Positions 51,309 through 60,929 of a stretch of 64,000 nt of DNA are shown piece by piece. The stretch covers positions 16,336 to 80,335 of the IMG/VR virus record IMGVR_UViG_3300002143_000079, one strand, 5' to 3'. How positions within the stretch are numbered: position 1 is the stretch's first letter; each line of letters begins with the position of its first letter. Source of the stretch: a virus. The translations under genes and the position numbers were made by a program. The notes beneath the pieces were generated by a model, which searched no databases, was not told the origin of the DNA, and was given only the letters and a program-made list of their open reading frames with translations.

Positions 51309-51596
51309 TTACAACTTCCAATTTGTCAAGAGTGTGACAGTGAAAGCTTGGTCATCCCCACCCATAAAAACCAGTTGACCCACATCGTTGACAATCACTT
51401 CCCTGTTGTCAGCTTCGTTTGCGACGATGGAATAATCCCAACCATCCTCATCCGTCCAATTCACACAAAGAAATTCGTTGGTATCTTCACCATCTAAGTC
51501 AGAAAGGCCCGGATACGTAAGGACTGTATCATCCACGATTACAGCCGCAGCCTGTTCAAGACGTGAGAAAGATTCTGCAAGAGAGATTGTTTTCAT
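51309..51596 (-). CDS. Acidic hypothetical early protein
   Basis: Own promoter. Confidence 0.65.
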   Translation of the reverse strand: MKTISLAESFSRLEQAAAVIVDDTVLTYPGLSDLDGEDTNEFLCVNWTDEDGWDYSIVANEADNREVIVNDVGQLVFMGGDDQAFTVTLLTNWKL

Positions 51597-51627
51597 TTGA
51601 TTTACAATACCGGAGTTTTATAAAATG

Positions 51628-52419
51628 TCAACACTTACTTTTGAACATTGGATTTCCATCACCACACCTTGAAATAGAACACTGTTTGGATTTCGTATCA
51701 CCTATTCCCTTTTGCCATTTTTGATATACTCCGGCTTTTTTGAGAACACGTATGACAATATATTGACTTAATCCCGTTTCTTTAGCAATCAATCTCGGAC
51801 CAATTGTTTGATAAAGTTTAATTACAGTTAATTCCGTTTCTTTGGAAACCGATTTAAATTCCTTACCCGTGAATCGTATTCTATTTTCATCAGCTATTCT
51901 TTTTCTGGTTTTTTCATCTTGGGGATGTGGATGATTGTCATACCAGTTTTTTACCGATTTGGATATTTTATCTTTCCATGCTATTTCCCTGCCACCAAGC
52001 ATGTCTTTCATATATTCACTAAACTCTTTTGTTTTCCATCTTTCTTTTAATTTAAATGAATGTAATTTTCTGTTTTCTTCTACTTGCCACCATTTTTTAC
52101 ACCCGTCTCTCAATTTATTGAGATTCTTTTCTCTATTATTTTCATTCCACGTTTGGCCGCCTGTTCCTCCATCTGTTAAGTTATACCCAATAATTCTATC
52201 AGTAGATTTGAAAAAGTCAATCCAATATTTTTCTCTTTCATTTAAAATATCAGTTGCCGGACAGGTTTCAATAATTTCTTTTTTAAAATTTTCCTTACCA
52301 TATTTTTTGATAGCAGCACGAATCAACAATCCAGACCCATAATAGGTAGGATTGTTGATTGTGTCTTTGCCTATATAAACTTTATTGTTAAGTAAATTGG
52401 TCGTTTTGTATATTATCAT
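51628..52419 (-). CDS. GIY-YIG (Seg-like) homing endonuclease
   Basis: MIIYKTTN...YIGK...YYGSG...YGKENF...GYNLTDGGTGG. Confidence 0.88.
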   Translation of the reverse strand: MIIYKTTNLLNNKVYIGKDTINNPTYYGSGLLIRAAIKKYGKENFKKEIIETCPATDILNEREKYWIDFFKSTDRIIGYNLTDGGTGGQTWNENNREKNLNKLRDGCKKWWQVEENRKLHSFKLKERWKTKEFSEYMKDMLGGREIAWKDKISKSVKNWYDNHPHPQDEKTRKRIADENRIRFTGKEFKSVSKETELTVIKLYQTIGPRLIAKETGLSQYIVIRVLKKAGVYQKWQKGIGDTKSKQCSISRCGDGNPMFKSKC

Positions 52420-52465
52420 GAATATAAATATTATTCATAAAGTCAAAACGACCAAGTATCTAATC

Positions 52466-53551
52466 TTATTTCTTGAGAACCTGCCAAAACAATTTCTTAT
52501 GTTGGTCATTTGTTAGAGGTTTTGAATCTAACAATGTAAATGCCATGCCACTTCTGCCTGTTTCACCGTAAGACGATGTAATAGCTATGGCCGCATCTTT
52601 ACGTGGTTTTATCTTCAATGGCTCGACAAACGCAGTAATTCCTGCGATTATTTGATTGACCTGTTTGGCCGCATCACAAATAGAAGATGCGTATCCACGA
52701 ACCATCTCAAAACATTCCCAATCAAACAGTTCCACAAGTTTGGTTTCAAACTCAACATAGGTTGGACAATTTAATTGAAAATATAACTCAAGAGTGTTTT
52801 CAAGCGTAGCTTCTGACTTGAAACGATGCTTCACAAGATAATCAGCGGACTTCACCTTATGAATCATTTGTTGATTCTTGGAGTAAACGCAGACACCCTC
52901 TTTGCCCTTCCACAAGTCCACCATAGACAACAAATCCTCGGTTGACTTGAAAGTATAGGACTGAGGCCGTGCGACCTTCCAGACCGCAGCCCAAGAATCC
53001 AAGATAGATTGTGGAGTCAATGAGTAATCATCATGGTCAATGCAACCAATCAAAGAAAACAGTGGTTCATTACCATAGTTAATCACGATAACATTCGTTG
53101 GTGACAACCATTCAAACAACAGAGAGAAGTCCCAAGTGTTTGAATTGTATCGTTCCTTCAAATCATCCAGAATAGGTTGAAAGGCAGCCAGTTCTGCGCC
53201 ATTGTCCAACTTGGTTGCGTCAACCGTTCCACGGGTACGAAGTATGAAATGGCCACGATTTTTCGAGATGCATAACAAACTTCCATCCATTTTCTCAATG
53301 ACTGTGGTATTGGTTAGAGAATTTGGAACAGGAAAATTTTCTGGATTTTCTCCCCAATTCGTAAATTTTGGAAATGATGCAGAAACCAACTCACCATCAG
53401 AATTCCAAAGACTTGATCGGAAAATTTTGTTATCATTGGTCCACTTGACACCGATATGTTTCGGTGTAACCAAATACATCACCTCACCATGTAAAACATG
53501 TTCGTTTACATAGAAGATTTCTCGGTCAATATTACCAAGTGAAATTTTCAT
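52466..53551 (-). CDS. RNA ligase, T4 Rnl1-like
   Basis: FPKFTNWGE, motif I EKMDGSL, FEWLSP.N.IV..Y, EGV, KVKSADY. Confidence 0.85.
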   Translation of the reverse strand: MKISLGNIDREIFYVNEHVLHGEVMYLVTPKHIGVKWTNDNKIFRSSLWNSDGELVSASFPKFTNWGENPENFPVPNSLTNTTVIEKMDGSLLCISKNRGHFILRTRGTVDATKLDNGAELAAFQPILDDLKERYNSNTWDFSLLFEWLSPTNVIVINYGNEPLFSLIGCIDHDDYSLTPQSILDSWAAVWKVARPQSYTFKSTEDLLSMVDLWKGKEGVCVYSKNQQMIHKVKSADYLVKHRFKSEATLENTLELYFQLNCPTYVEFETKLVELFDWECFEMVRGYASSICDAAKQVNQIIAGITAFVEPLKIKPRKDAAIAITSSYGETGRSGMAFTLLDSKPLTNDQHKKLFWQVLKK

Positions 53552-54212
53552 TTATTATGTCGATTAAAAGAGACTCCAAATCAATGTCGGACAACTTATT
53601 CATATCCGATTCCCAAATATAACCAATTTTATAGTTATTGTCAACGGCCAATTTTCGCTTTGTTTCGTCTTTATTCCAAATGTCAGATGAGGTCATTCGA
53701 CCCCATGAAAATTGAAAAACATCATCTGATTTATAAATTTTTGGATTTGCGTGCCAGTAATCACCATTTACTTCCAATATAAACGACTCGTTTATCAAAA
53801 AATCGTAATTTGTTGACTTAATATAAAAGTGTGGTATATACTCAAATGATGAATATGATTTCCACGTATTGAATATTTTTTGAATTCTCGTTTCTAGTGA
53901 AGATGTGGATTTTATTCCAGCATGTAACCGAGATAACCGGAATTGTTTTTCCTCATCGGTTAGAGAAGCCCACAACACTTTCATATCAAGACTTTTATCG
54001 TTGCGTCGTTCTTCCGTCCACGCATGTTGAAAACTCAATATCAAATCAGTTCTTTCATCATCATTCAAACTTTCCCAAAACTTTACCATTTTAATTTTTG
54101 ACTTTTTTCTATTATTTGGTAAAGTGGATGGATATTCTACGCCGTATTTTTCCAGATTAGTATTTTGTTTTTTAGATTCAATCAAAAAACGTTCGTCTGG
54201 AGATTTATTCAA
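53532..54212 (-). CDS. Vsr/DUF559-like putative homing endonuclease
   Basis: TNLEKYGVEY repeat; YDF...LEVNGDYWHANP...IWESD. Confidence 0.75.
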   Translation of the reverse strand: MNKSPDERFLIESKKQNTNLEKYGVEYPSTLPNNRKKSKIKMVKFWESLNDDERTDLILSFQHAWTEERRNDKSLDMKVLWASLTDEEKQFRLSRLHAGIKSTSSLETRIQKIFNTWKSYSSFEYIPHFYIKSTNYDFLINESFILEVNGDYWHANPKIYKSDDVFQFSWGRMTSSDIWNKDETKRKLAVDNNYKIGYIWESDMNKLSDIDLESLLIDIINENFTW

Positions 54213-54637
54213 TAAAGCCTCGCTTATTTTACTTCCATTCTAGAAATGTCAACTCATCTAGTGAATATTTTACACCGGTTTTGATTCCCAATTGGAGAAG
54301 AGCACTATCAACCATTTCTCTGGCCCGGACTTCATCAGCCACCATTCCTTTTGATTTGAAGAATTCGATGTTAGGTCCACCGTTGAGAATACGACCAAGT
54401 TTGATACTCAACCGCGCCTGTTATTGGGTTTATCGCGACCACCCAATCGTCCGCTATTACGGTCTTTCCTTGCTGACTCATCACAGCATACCAACTATCA
54501 GGCCATAAGGCAATCGTTAATGGGCAAAAGTGGTGGACCTTATCGTGGCCCTAGTCGTCAGTCTGGTTACTGAGGGATTTTGGCTATTGTTCCCAAATCT
54601 TTAAGTAGAGTATATCAGTTCTATAAGAAGTCAACCG

Positions 54638-55045
54638 TTATTTGAACAACGTGACTGCTTTTTCGATGAGAACGACACGGGGAGTGACTTTAATCCTGAC
54701 GCACTCTTTCACGTGTTCAATCACTCCGTCATAGAGGATTACCATAGCCAAAAGTATCGGAATAATGCTGTATAACCTTATGAAAAACTTAGTCTCATCC
54801 TCACAGTTACGACTCTTAAACAACGCAATAGTGGTTGGAATTACAATTAAAGCGAGTATAATCAATGAATAACTCGCACTGAATGCGTGATCCCAAAACA
54901 TCCAAGTGAGATACTCATTGGCGACTTGGGGAGCTTGTTCGGATACCATGTCAACGGCTTTGCTGACATTGGTCTTACCAATTTCGTAAACCTCTGCAGT
55001 GATGTTGTTTACAGTTCCGAGAAAGTTTGTGGATAATACAGACAT
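54638..55045 (-). CDS. Membrane protein
   Basis: Two hydrophobic helices. Confidence 0.65.
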   Translation of the reverse strand: MSVLSTNFLGTVNNITAEVYEIGKTNVSKAVDMVSEQAPQVANEYLTWMFWDHAFSASYSLIILALIVIPTTIALFKSRNCEDETKFFIRLYSIIPILLAMVILYDGVIEHVKECVRIKVTPRVVLIEKAVTLFK

Positions 55046-55265
55046 AGTTCTTATTCAGTTATTTGTTTTGGGGAATCAATCAAAGTTGTTACGTCAACTG
55101 CAAGATATTTGAGTAATCTCATGTTTTGGATGATATAACCGATTTAGAAAAAGTCAACTCAAAGTTTTATTAAAACCAACGTCGAATGTTGTGTCAATAC
55201 GTTCTCCTTCCACATTCGCAAACAACCCGAAACGTCGAAAAGGGTGTTCCGTTGGTGGAGGGAGA

Positions 55266-55493
55266 TTATTCTACGGTAGCAGGAATGTCAAGCAATTGTT
55301 CAGACAACAACACTTGTGCGGAATTGTATCCAGACGTTTCACTCTTGGAATCATACGTGGCCACGTCCCAACCATCAAGCTTAATGTGAATGGTGGTTGG
55401 ACTGCGATACATGGTGAACCGGGGAAGGTTTTCACCACCACGTTCATCAATCGCATTCGCAATACGTTTGATTCGGTTATTGATATTGGTCAT
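55266..55493 (-). CDS. Hypothetical protein
   Basis: 75-aa ORF coupled to upstream gene. Confidence 0.55.
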   Translation of the reverse strand: MTNINNRIKRIANAIDERGGENLPRFTMYRSPTTIHIKLDGWDVATYDSKSETSGYNSAQVLLSEQLLDIPATVE

Positions 55494-55494
55494 G

Positions 55495-55695
55495 TTAGCA
55501 AGTCAAGAAGATTTCTTCGTTATTTTCAGCGAGTTCAATCACTCGTTTACTGAATTCCGAAAGCAATCGACTGTCAGCGACTTTGTTCTCCATATCCTCT
55601 TTTACGGCCTTACGTTTCCATTCAGGCAAATCACTGAGGGCCTTTTGAAAGGCGAGTTCGTAACGACTGGCGGTAAGTTTAATAGGTTGACTCAT
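55495..55695 (-). CDS. Hypothetical protein
   Basis: MSQPIKL...LPEWKR. Confidence 0.55.
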   Translation of the reverse strand: MSQPIKLTASRYELAFQKALSDLPEWKRKAVKEDMENKVADSRLLSEFSKRVIELAENNEEIFLTC

Positions 55696-55777
55696 ATAAA
55701 ATAAATATATCAATGTTTACTGATATGTCAAAACATTTTTAATTTTCTTCTACGTTTTATTCCTCTACACACTATTT

Positions 55778-56512
55778 ATGAATGTCAAGATAAAACTTAT
55801 GAAATTATGGGAAGAAAAAAACTCAACAGACCAATGGCTGAACTTGTTGAAGAACGTCGGAAAAGACAACTTCGATACTATCACCGAAATAAAGAACGTC
55901 TTAATCAAGAAAGACTCAACCGATACTATAAACAGAGGAATTTACTTGATAGTGAATAAAATTGATGGTAAATATTATGTGGGAAGCTCCATCAATTTTA
56001 CTAAGCGATGGAATTCCCACCGACACTGTTTGAAAACCAACAATCATGATTCCGAAAAATTACAACATGCAATAGACAAATATGGTATTGACAATTTTGA
56101 ATTTGTGATTATTGAACGATTGGTTGATGATTTACTATTGATAGAACAAAAATATTTAGATTTTTGTCAATTGAACAAAGAAAATTGTTACAACGTTGCA
56201 TTCAGTTCATCCAGTCCAATGTTAGGACGCAAACATAATGAGGTTACTAAGTCTCTCATATCAAAACGATTGATAGGAAAAAACTCCGGTGTCAAGAACT
56301 TCTTTCATGGAAAAGAATTTCGTAATGGTGGTTTACCACCAGACGAAACTCAATTTTCTTTTCAACACATTAACGGAGAAACTTTTAACGGAACACGAAA
56401 AGAGTTTTATACTAAACTCGGTTGTATTCAACAACAGGTGGATAGGATTGTCAATGGTAGAAGAAAATCCTATAAAGGATGGTCACTTACTCATCCTTCC
56501 ACGTCTTCTTAA
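55778..56512 (+). CDS. GIY-YIG homing endonuclease with NUMOD3-like motif (start uncertain)
   Basis: GIYLIVN...YVGSS..F.KRW..H; MLGRKHNE; GVKNFFHGK. Confidence 0.82.
   Translation: MNVKIKLMKLWEEKNSTDQWLNLLKNVGKDNFDTITEIKNVLIKKDSTDTINRGIYLIVNKIDGKYYVGSSINFTKRWNSHRHCLKTNNHDSEKLQHAIDKYGIDNFEFVIIERLVDDLLLIEQKYLDFCQLNKENCYNVAFSSSSPMLGRKHNEVTKSLISKRLIGKNSGVKNFFHGKEFRNGGLPPDETQFSFQHINGETFNGTRKEFYTKLGCIQQQVDRIVNGRRKSYKGWSLTHPSTSS
55807..55959 (+). CDS. Small basic protein overlapping the GIY-YIG gene in another frame
   Basis: MGRKKLNRPMAELVEERRKRQLRYYHRNKERLNQERLNRYYKQRNLLDSE. Confidence 0.55.
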   Translation: MGRKKLNRPMAELVEERRKRQLRYYHRNKERLNQERLNRYYKQRNLLDSE

Positions 56513-56659
56513 ATTTATCATGTCGTTTGAATAACTTCTTACTCTGTACAACCCGCGATGATGGATTGAAATCATACGATTTTCTCACAGAGTGCATCGC
56601 TTCGATTTGTGTCATTCGTTGTTTCATATAAATAAATACTATCAGTTATTTATAAAACG

Positions 56660-56977
56660 TCAAGCGTTTGTATCAATTTTCTCTATTTTTTCCATCGCAT
56701 TCAAATACTCTTGAAAACGAAGTTTATCACTTTCAATCAACCGTTGGGATTCAAACATCCACGTCACACACGTTCCGCCAAAAACCATGTTTAGATGACG
56801 CATGGTTTCCAACACCCAATCGGTTGAAAAGATAGATATGATACCCAAAACTGTGACGACAAACATTGCAATCAGACAGTGAACAAACGCCGTTTTAGTT
56901 GCACCCATGTGCAACTTTTCCAGAGACGCATTCAATTCCAGAATGCGTTTATGTTCTGACGTTTCGGTGTATTTCAT
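56660..56977 (-). CDS. Membrane protein
   Basis: Hydrophobic central segment. Confidence 0.6.
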   Translation of the reverse strand: MKYTETSEHKRILELNASLEKLHMGATKTAFVHCLIAMFVVTVLGIISIFSTDWVLETMRHLNMVFGGTCVTWMFESQRLIESDKLRFQEYLNAMEKIEKIDTNA

Positions 56978-57015
56978 AGGTGTATTGTGTATGCGGTTGT
57001 GTAAATGTCAACCGT

Positions 57016-57378
57016 TTACTTTTTCAAGAGACAGATAACCAGTGCATTTTTCTTGGAAATACTTCCACGACGGGAGAGAACGAAACGACGACCCGTGGAG
57101 GAAATCCGCACATGAGGATTCGTCACTTCGTCATACTTCTTACCACCCACCGGACAACGATACAACTGATAGGTGGTGACGGGAGACACACTACGACGAT
57201 TGGACAACTTCCACATTTTCAGAAATTCCTCACCTTGACGGTCATTCTTGACGCGTAGAATTGTCTTTTCAACCGTCTGTTTACCGTGATAGACGGTGGT
57301 AAGACTTCCATCACCATTGTCGAGATACGTTGCGGTGCGAGTCTTGTGATAAACCGGGAGATTGGAGGTGTTTTTCAT
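57016..57378 (-). CDS. Basic hypothetical early protein
   Basis: Own promoter. Confidence 0.6.
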   Translation of the reverse strand: MKNTSNLPVYHKTRTATYLDNGDGSLTTVYHGKQTVEKTILRVKNDRQGEEFLKMWKLSNRRSVSPVTTYQLYRCPVGGKKYDEVTNPHVRISSTGRRFVLSRRGSISKKNALVICLLKK

Positions 57379-57425
57379 TATGATCAAAGACTACCTGAGT
57401 TGTTATAAAAAGTCAATTACTAATT

Positions 57426-57827
57426 TCACAAATGTTTATATTTCTTCAACAGGGACTTTTCCTCTGCAGTAAGACTTCCCACAGTTTTCTTCAATAAAAC
57501 CTTGACTTTGTTTTCTTCTATGATTCGAGCTTTGTCCTCATCCTGATGTTTTTCCCACCAAGTAGCCAGTTGACGGGCCACGGGGTCATGTGCATCATAG
57601 ACATACTTTTCACGGTCTTTCTTCGACATGAAACGAATTGTCTGACAGAGATACACGGTGGCTTCGTCGGCCCTATCTTTATCACCATAGTAATTTTCAG
57701 CACCTGTCTTGGCCCAAGTAGGAAAGCCACACTTCATCTTTTTACCAAGGTGGTAGATGAATTCGCACGTGAGTTTGCTTTCCCGTTAAAGTCCCGTTGG
57801 TTCCATATAATCACATCTGCAAGGCAT
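57426..57827 (-). pseudogene. Gene with in-frame TAA at codon 14
   Basis: MPCRCDYMEPTGL*RESKLTCEFIYHLGKKMKCGF...; TAA at 57786-57788. Confidence 0.65.
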
Positions 57828-57845
57828 AAAATAGTTCTTTCTTGG

Positions 57846-58040
57846 TTAAAAGTTCACACGTAACACGATATGTCCACGGTCCAAAATATCATCGGTCCAA
57901 TCACCCTTGGTGGTTGTGTCAACCTTTTTGACAGGCAAAACTTCTTCGCTGTCGTCCATGGCGATACTGACATTTTGATTCAATTCTTCACCGGACATTT
58001 TCTTGAGACGTTCAAGGAGTTGGAGATAGGTTATATTCAT
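57846..58040 (-). CDS. Hypothetical early protein
   Basis: Own promoter. Confidence 0.65.
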   Translation of the reverse strand: MNITYLQLLERLKKMSGEELNQNVSIAMDDSEEVLPVKKVDTTTKGDWTDDILDRGHIVLRVNF

Positions 58041-58079
58041 GTGGTTAAAGATTATCAGTCATTTATCAAAAGTCAACCA

Positions 58080-58334
58080 TTACTTTTTATAGTGGATAGG
58101 ATTATCACAGTCACCTTTATGGGTGTAATCGAATCCCCGACCCGTATAAAATCGCAGATACTGGCAACCATCCACTCGCGTCACTGCGCCATCTTCGGAG
58201 TTGACAACACAGTAAACCATGATGCATGAGAAGATTATGACTACAATCCAACCAAGTGTGGATACATCATGCGTCTTACTCATCGGTGTTCCTTTTGCAA
58301 CTCGATTGAATTCTCGTATCTGTTCAGGTGTCAT
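58080..58334 (-). CDS. Membrane-anchored protein (THKGDCDNP motif)
   Basis: TM helix; DGCQYL...THKGDC. Confidence 0.65.
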   Translation of the reverse strand: MTPEQIREFNRVAKGTPMSKTHDVSTLGWIVVIIFSCIMVYCVVNSEDGAVTRVDGCQYLRFYTGRGFDYTHKGDCDNPIHYKK

Positions 58335-58369
58335 CGTGGTTAAAATATAATGGAATTCTATAAAAAGTC

Positions 58370-58400
58370 AAGCCCTTCCAGCTTTCACCGGAAGGGCTTT
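58370..58400. terminator. Intrinsic terminator-like hairpin
   Basis: AAGCCCTTCC...GGAAGGGCTT. Confidence 0.65.
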
Positions 58401-58426
58401 TGAACCTTTTGGAAGACCGTTAAGAA

Positions 58427-58882
58427 TTAGGAACGGACGATACGATCACATTCCACGAAGAGGGGCATGAGGTGGGGGTGTTGGGCGAGCAAAGTAGCAC
58501 GAGCTTTGTCACGGTTACGGAGGTAGAATGTATTGGCACTCAGCCCACGATTACGTTTTTCTTTACCAATAGTCAAACCCAAAGCCTTGGCGAGAGCAGG
58601 TAGGGACTTGGTGTATTCACGACGAACCTTACTCGGCTTCACACCACCCACGGCGTTCGCCAACAGGGTGCCGCGGACGGTCAATGTGATGCCCAGTTCA
58701 TCTTTGAGAATGCCCTCGACAACCGCAGTGGGTGTCGGTTCGCTCATATAGGTGAGGACCACCAAAGAGGCCTGCCACCAGTTGTAAGGATAGGAAGCAC
58801 TTTGCGTGGCTCCAATGGATTGACGATAAGCACGCACATTGTTAATGGCGTCGATGTCTGCGGACAGAGTGTTAATGTTCAT
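58427..58882 (-). CDS. Hypothetical early protein
   Basis: 151 aa; own promoter and terminator. Confidence 0.7.
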   Translation of the reverse strand: MNINTLSADIDAINNVRAYRQSIGATQSASYPYNWWQASLVVLTYMSEPTPTAVVEGILKDELGITLTVRGTLLANAVGGVKPSKVRREYTKSLPALAKALGLTIGKEKRNRGLSANTFYLRNRDKARATLLAQHPHLMPLFVECDRIVRS

Positions 58883-58946
58883 AGATTTTTTAAGATTACG
58901 AAGTCACTTTATATCACTCCAAACAAAAGTCAATGGTTATTTTAAT

Positions 58947-59160
58947 TTATCGAATTACCCCTAACTTATGAAGCTCACGATTTGCAATGGTTTCAATCAC
59001 CACCTGAGTGCGACAGACGTTGCACACAATCAGATTGTCATAGGTGACAAACGACCTACCCATCCAATACCAATTGTAGATGAATGCATTGCACTTGTCG
59101 CACGATTCCAGAAAACCAGTATCGTCGTTTTTTCAGTTCTTCAAGATTATGTGCATTCAT
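58947..59160 (-). pseudogene. Zinc-finger gene frameshifted at an A6 run
   Basis: MNAHNLEELK then, one extra A, NDDTGFLESCDKC...VCNVCR... Confidence 0.6.
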
Positions 59161-59193
59161 ACCGGGATTACATTACCGGTTTTTTATAAATTG

Positions 59194-59625
59194 TCAATAA
59201 TCACTTTGTATAAAATTGTTGGTGACTAGATTACATAATCTTATAAAGTTTTCGGATGTTAGTGAAGCTTTAGCGATGTTAATATCTTTATGAACAAATT
59301 GTAAATTTGTCAAATCATTTGTTCCTCCACGGGAAATCGGATGAATGTGGTCAATAGACATTGTATCTCTAGTCAATCTCTGACCCGTAAACGGACAAAT
59401 CAACTTCTGTTTTTTAGCGATTTTCCATAAATCAAATGGTGTAACAGTGATTAACGGATTTTTATTCTTCATTCGGCCATTACAACCGTTATTTAATCTA
59501 CCGGAAACCGTTTTGAAAACTTTTCTCCGTCTATGGTTTCTCATCCACTCACGTTTTTGTTTTTTATAATGATTATGACGTTCCGAATTGTTTTTTATAC
59601 TTTTGTATTTTTTTGCATTAGGCAT
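59194..59625 (-). CDS. HNH endonuclease
   Basis: CPFTG...SIDHIHPISRGGTNDLTNLQFVHKDIN.AK. Confidence 0.85.
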   Translation of the reverse strand: MPNAKKYKSIKNNSERHNHYKKQKREWMRNHRRRKVFKTVSGRLNNGCNGRMKNKNPLITVTPFDLWKIAKKQKLICPFTGQRLTRDTMSIDHIHPISRGGTNDLTNLQFVHKDINIAKASLTSENFIRLCNLVTNNFIQSDY

Positions 59626-59712
59626 AATTGAGTCCCCTACAAAATAAATAGGGAACCACTTGACAAAAGTATAAAAAATGATATTGTTTTAATAACAGTC
59701 GATGAAACGACG

Positions 59713-59901
59713 AGGATAGGGGACCGGAGGCTGATCATATTCCTTTACCGTTAACGCAGATTTGTTATCAAATTCGTTGACTCCGAAGCATTTTATGATA
59801 TTCTCACTTCGTAAGTGAAAGACATAGCCGGTCAGACTAGCGATAAACCGCAAAGGATAGGGCACCAACGCCTGATCATATCACTTTAACGATAACGTAG
59901 A
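59713..59901 (+). repeat. Two 48-nt imperfect direct repeats, each behind its own promoter (candidate sRNAs)
   Basis: 59713-59760 and 59854-59901, 38/48 identical, ungapped. Confidence 0.8.
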
Positions 59902-59963
59902 ATGTTAAAATAATTTGTATTACCTATTGACTTTTTATATAAATTTGGTAGTCTGTTCACACG

Positions 59964-60305
59964 ATGAAAGTAACTAAAAAACAAATTATCGATTTTGTGA
60001 AATCTCAACTCCGTAACAATGACGCGTGGGTGTTACGTGGCCTCACTCGCATTTACGAGTTTCAGACTGCGGACGAGCAAGCCGTTGGTCGCACTCACAA
60101 CCTTAATGGTGTGGGTTTCAGTGGTTGTGATGCGGAAATTCTTTCCTCATTCGCAGTTCAATATACCAAACGGGGAACACTCTCCCCCAAACAAATGGAC
60201 CTACTCCGCAAGAAAATGGTTCGTTACCACAAGCAAATTGCTTCCCTCATACCGGAGGATACGCTGTTGGCCTTGGTTGAAAAATCCTTGGTTGAAACGA
60301 AATAA
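59964..60305 (+). CDS. Hypothetical early protein
   Basis: QTADEQ...NGVGFSGCDA...LSPKQ; own promoter. Confidence 0.7.
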   Translation: MKVTKKQIIDFVKSQLRNNDAWVLRGLTRIYEFQTADEQAVGRTHNLNGVGFSGCDAEILSSFAVQYTKRGTLSPKQMDLLRKKMVRYHKQIASLIPEDTLLALVEKSLVETK

Positions 60306-60366
60306 TTTCAATTTCTATAAAATAACCGTTGACTTTTTATTAAACCTAAAGTAGTATTTGATCAAT

Positions 60367-60915
60367 ATGGAAAACGTCATTGCTAAAGTTGCAAAACAAG
60401 TCGCAGGTATTCAGGGTTGCCAATTCGCATCTCTGGTTTACACCACTAAGAAAACGGGCGAAACTGCTCGTTACACCGTCAACCTCGGTTTTTCCTACAA
60501 TACCCTTGTGGAAAAGAGTGTGACGGAATTGGAGATTCTCATGGCTGAGAATGCTGAGGTTTGGGGTGAGTTGGAAAAGGCCGCGTCTGTCGAAGTGATG
60601 GACAGTCTGAAAAAGACCTTGGAAGCTCACAAGAACGGTCAGCAGAATGCTGATTACACCAAGAAAGACCAATACATTCCGGTGGCTAATGGTGTGAACA
60701 TTAACACCGTTGACAATACGGTGCAGTTGTTTGGTCTGTTGCACACCAAGGTTTCCATTACGCCGGGTGTTTTCAAGGCCGTCAAGTCGGCCCCTATGAC
60801 GATTGCTAAGAACAAGGTCCGTAAGCAGTTGAGCATTAGCAATTTCCGTGAGTTCGCGATGGACCTGTCGCAGTTGGAGACGGTGAAGGTGAACGGCACG
60901 ACGTTCGAGATCTAA
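60367..60915 (+). CDS. Hypothetical early protein
   Basis: Leaderless ATG 60367; hairpin follows. Confidence 0.7.
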   Translation: MENVIAKVAKQVAGIQGCQFASLVYTTKKTGETARYTVNLGFSYNTLVEKSVTELEILMAENAEVWGELEKAASVEVMDSLKKTLEAHKNGQQNADYTKKDQYIPVANGVNINTVDNTVQLFGLLHTKVSITPGVFKAVKSAPMTIAKNKVRKQLSISNFREFAMDLSQLETVKVNGTTFEI

Positions 60916-60929
60916 GTCGTTCTAATACG

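Larger units (their letters stand above)
36440..59200 (-). promoter_or_regulatory. Array of repeated sigma70-type early promoters, minus strand
   Basis: TTGAC(T/A)-~16 nt usually containing TATAAA-TAnnnT, ATG typically 6-9 nt later; -35 boxes near 36880, 37090, 37348, 37726, 38288, 39286, 39921, 41323, 44168, 46263, 47306, 51627, 58072 and many more. Confidence 0.88.

Noticed and set aside
54300-54565. CUGACGA (~54556) and CUGAUGA (~54332) as further hammerheads
   Set aside because: No compatible stem II/GAAA/stem III-UH arrangement could be built
42900-54600. Group I introns around the homing endonucleases
   Set aside because: No convincing P/Q/R/S core and no split host gene; endonucleases look free-standing
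36440-59200. Recurrent TTTATAGAAAGTCAA read as a CRISPR array or integron attC sites
   Set aside because: Copies are degenerate, spaced by whole genes, lack palindromic attC structure and fit -35/-10 geometry; no cas or integrase gene in the window
59713-59760. Resemblance to the 5' half of a TPP riboswitch (GGGG..CC..GGCUGA)
   Set aside because: UGAGA and the 3' half are missing, and the second copy does not keep the pairing
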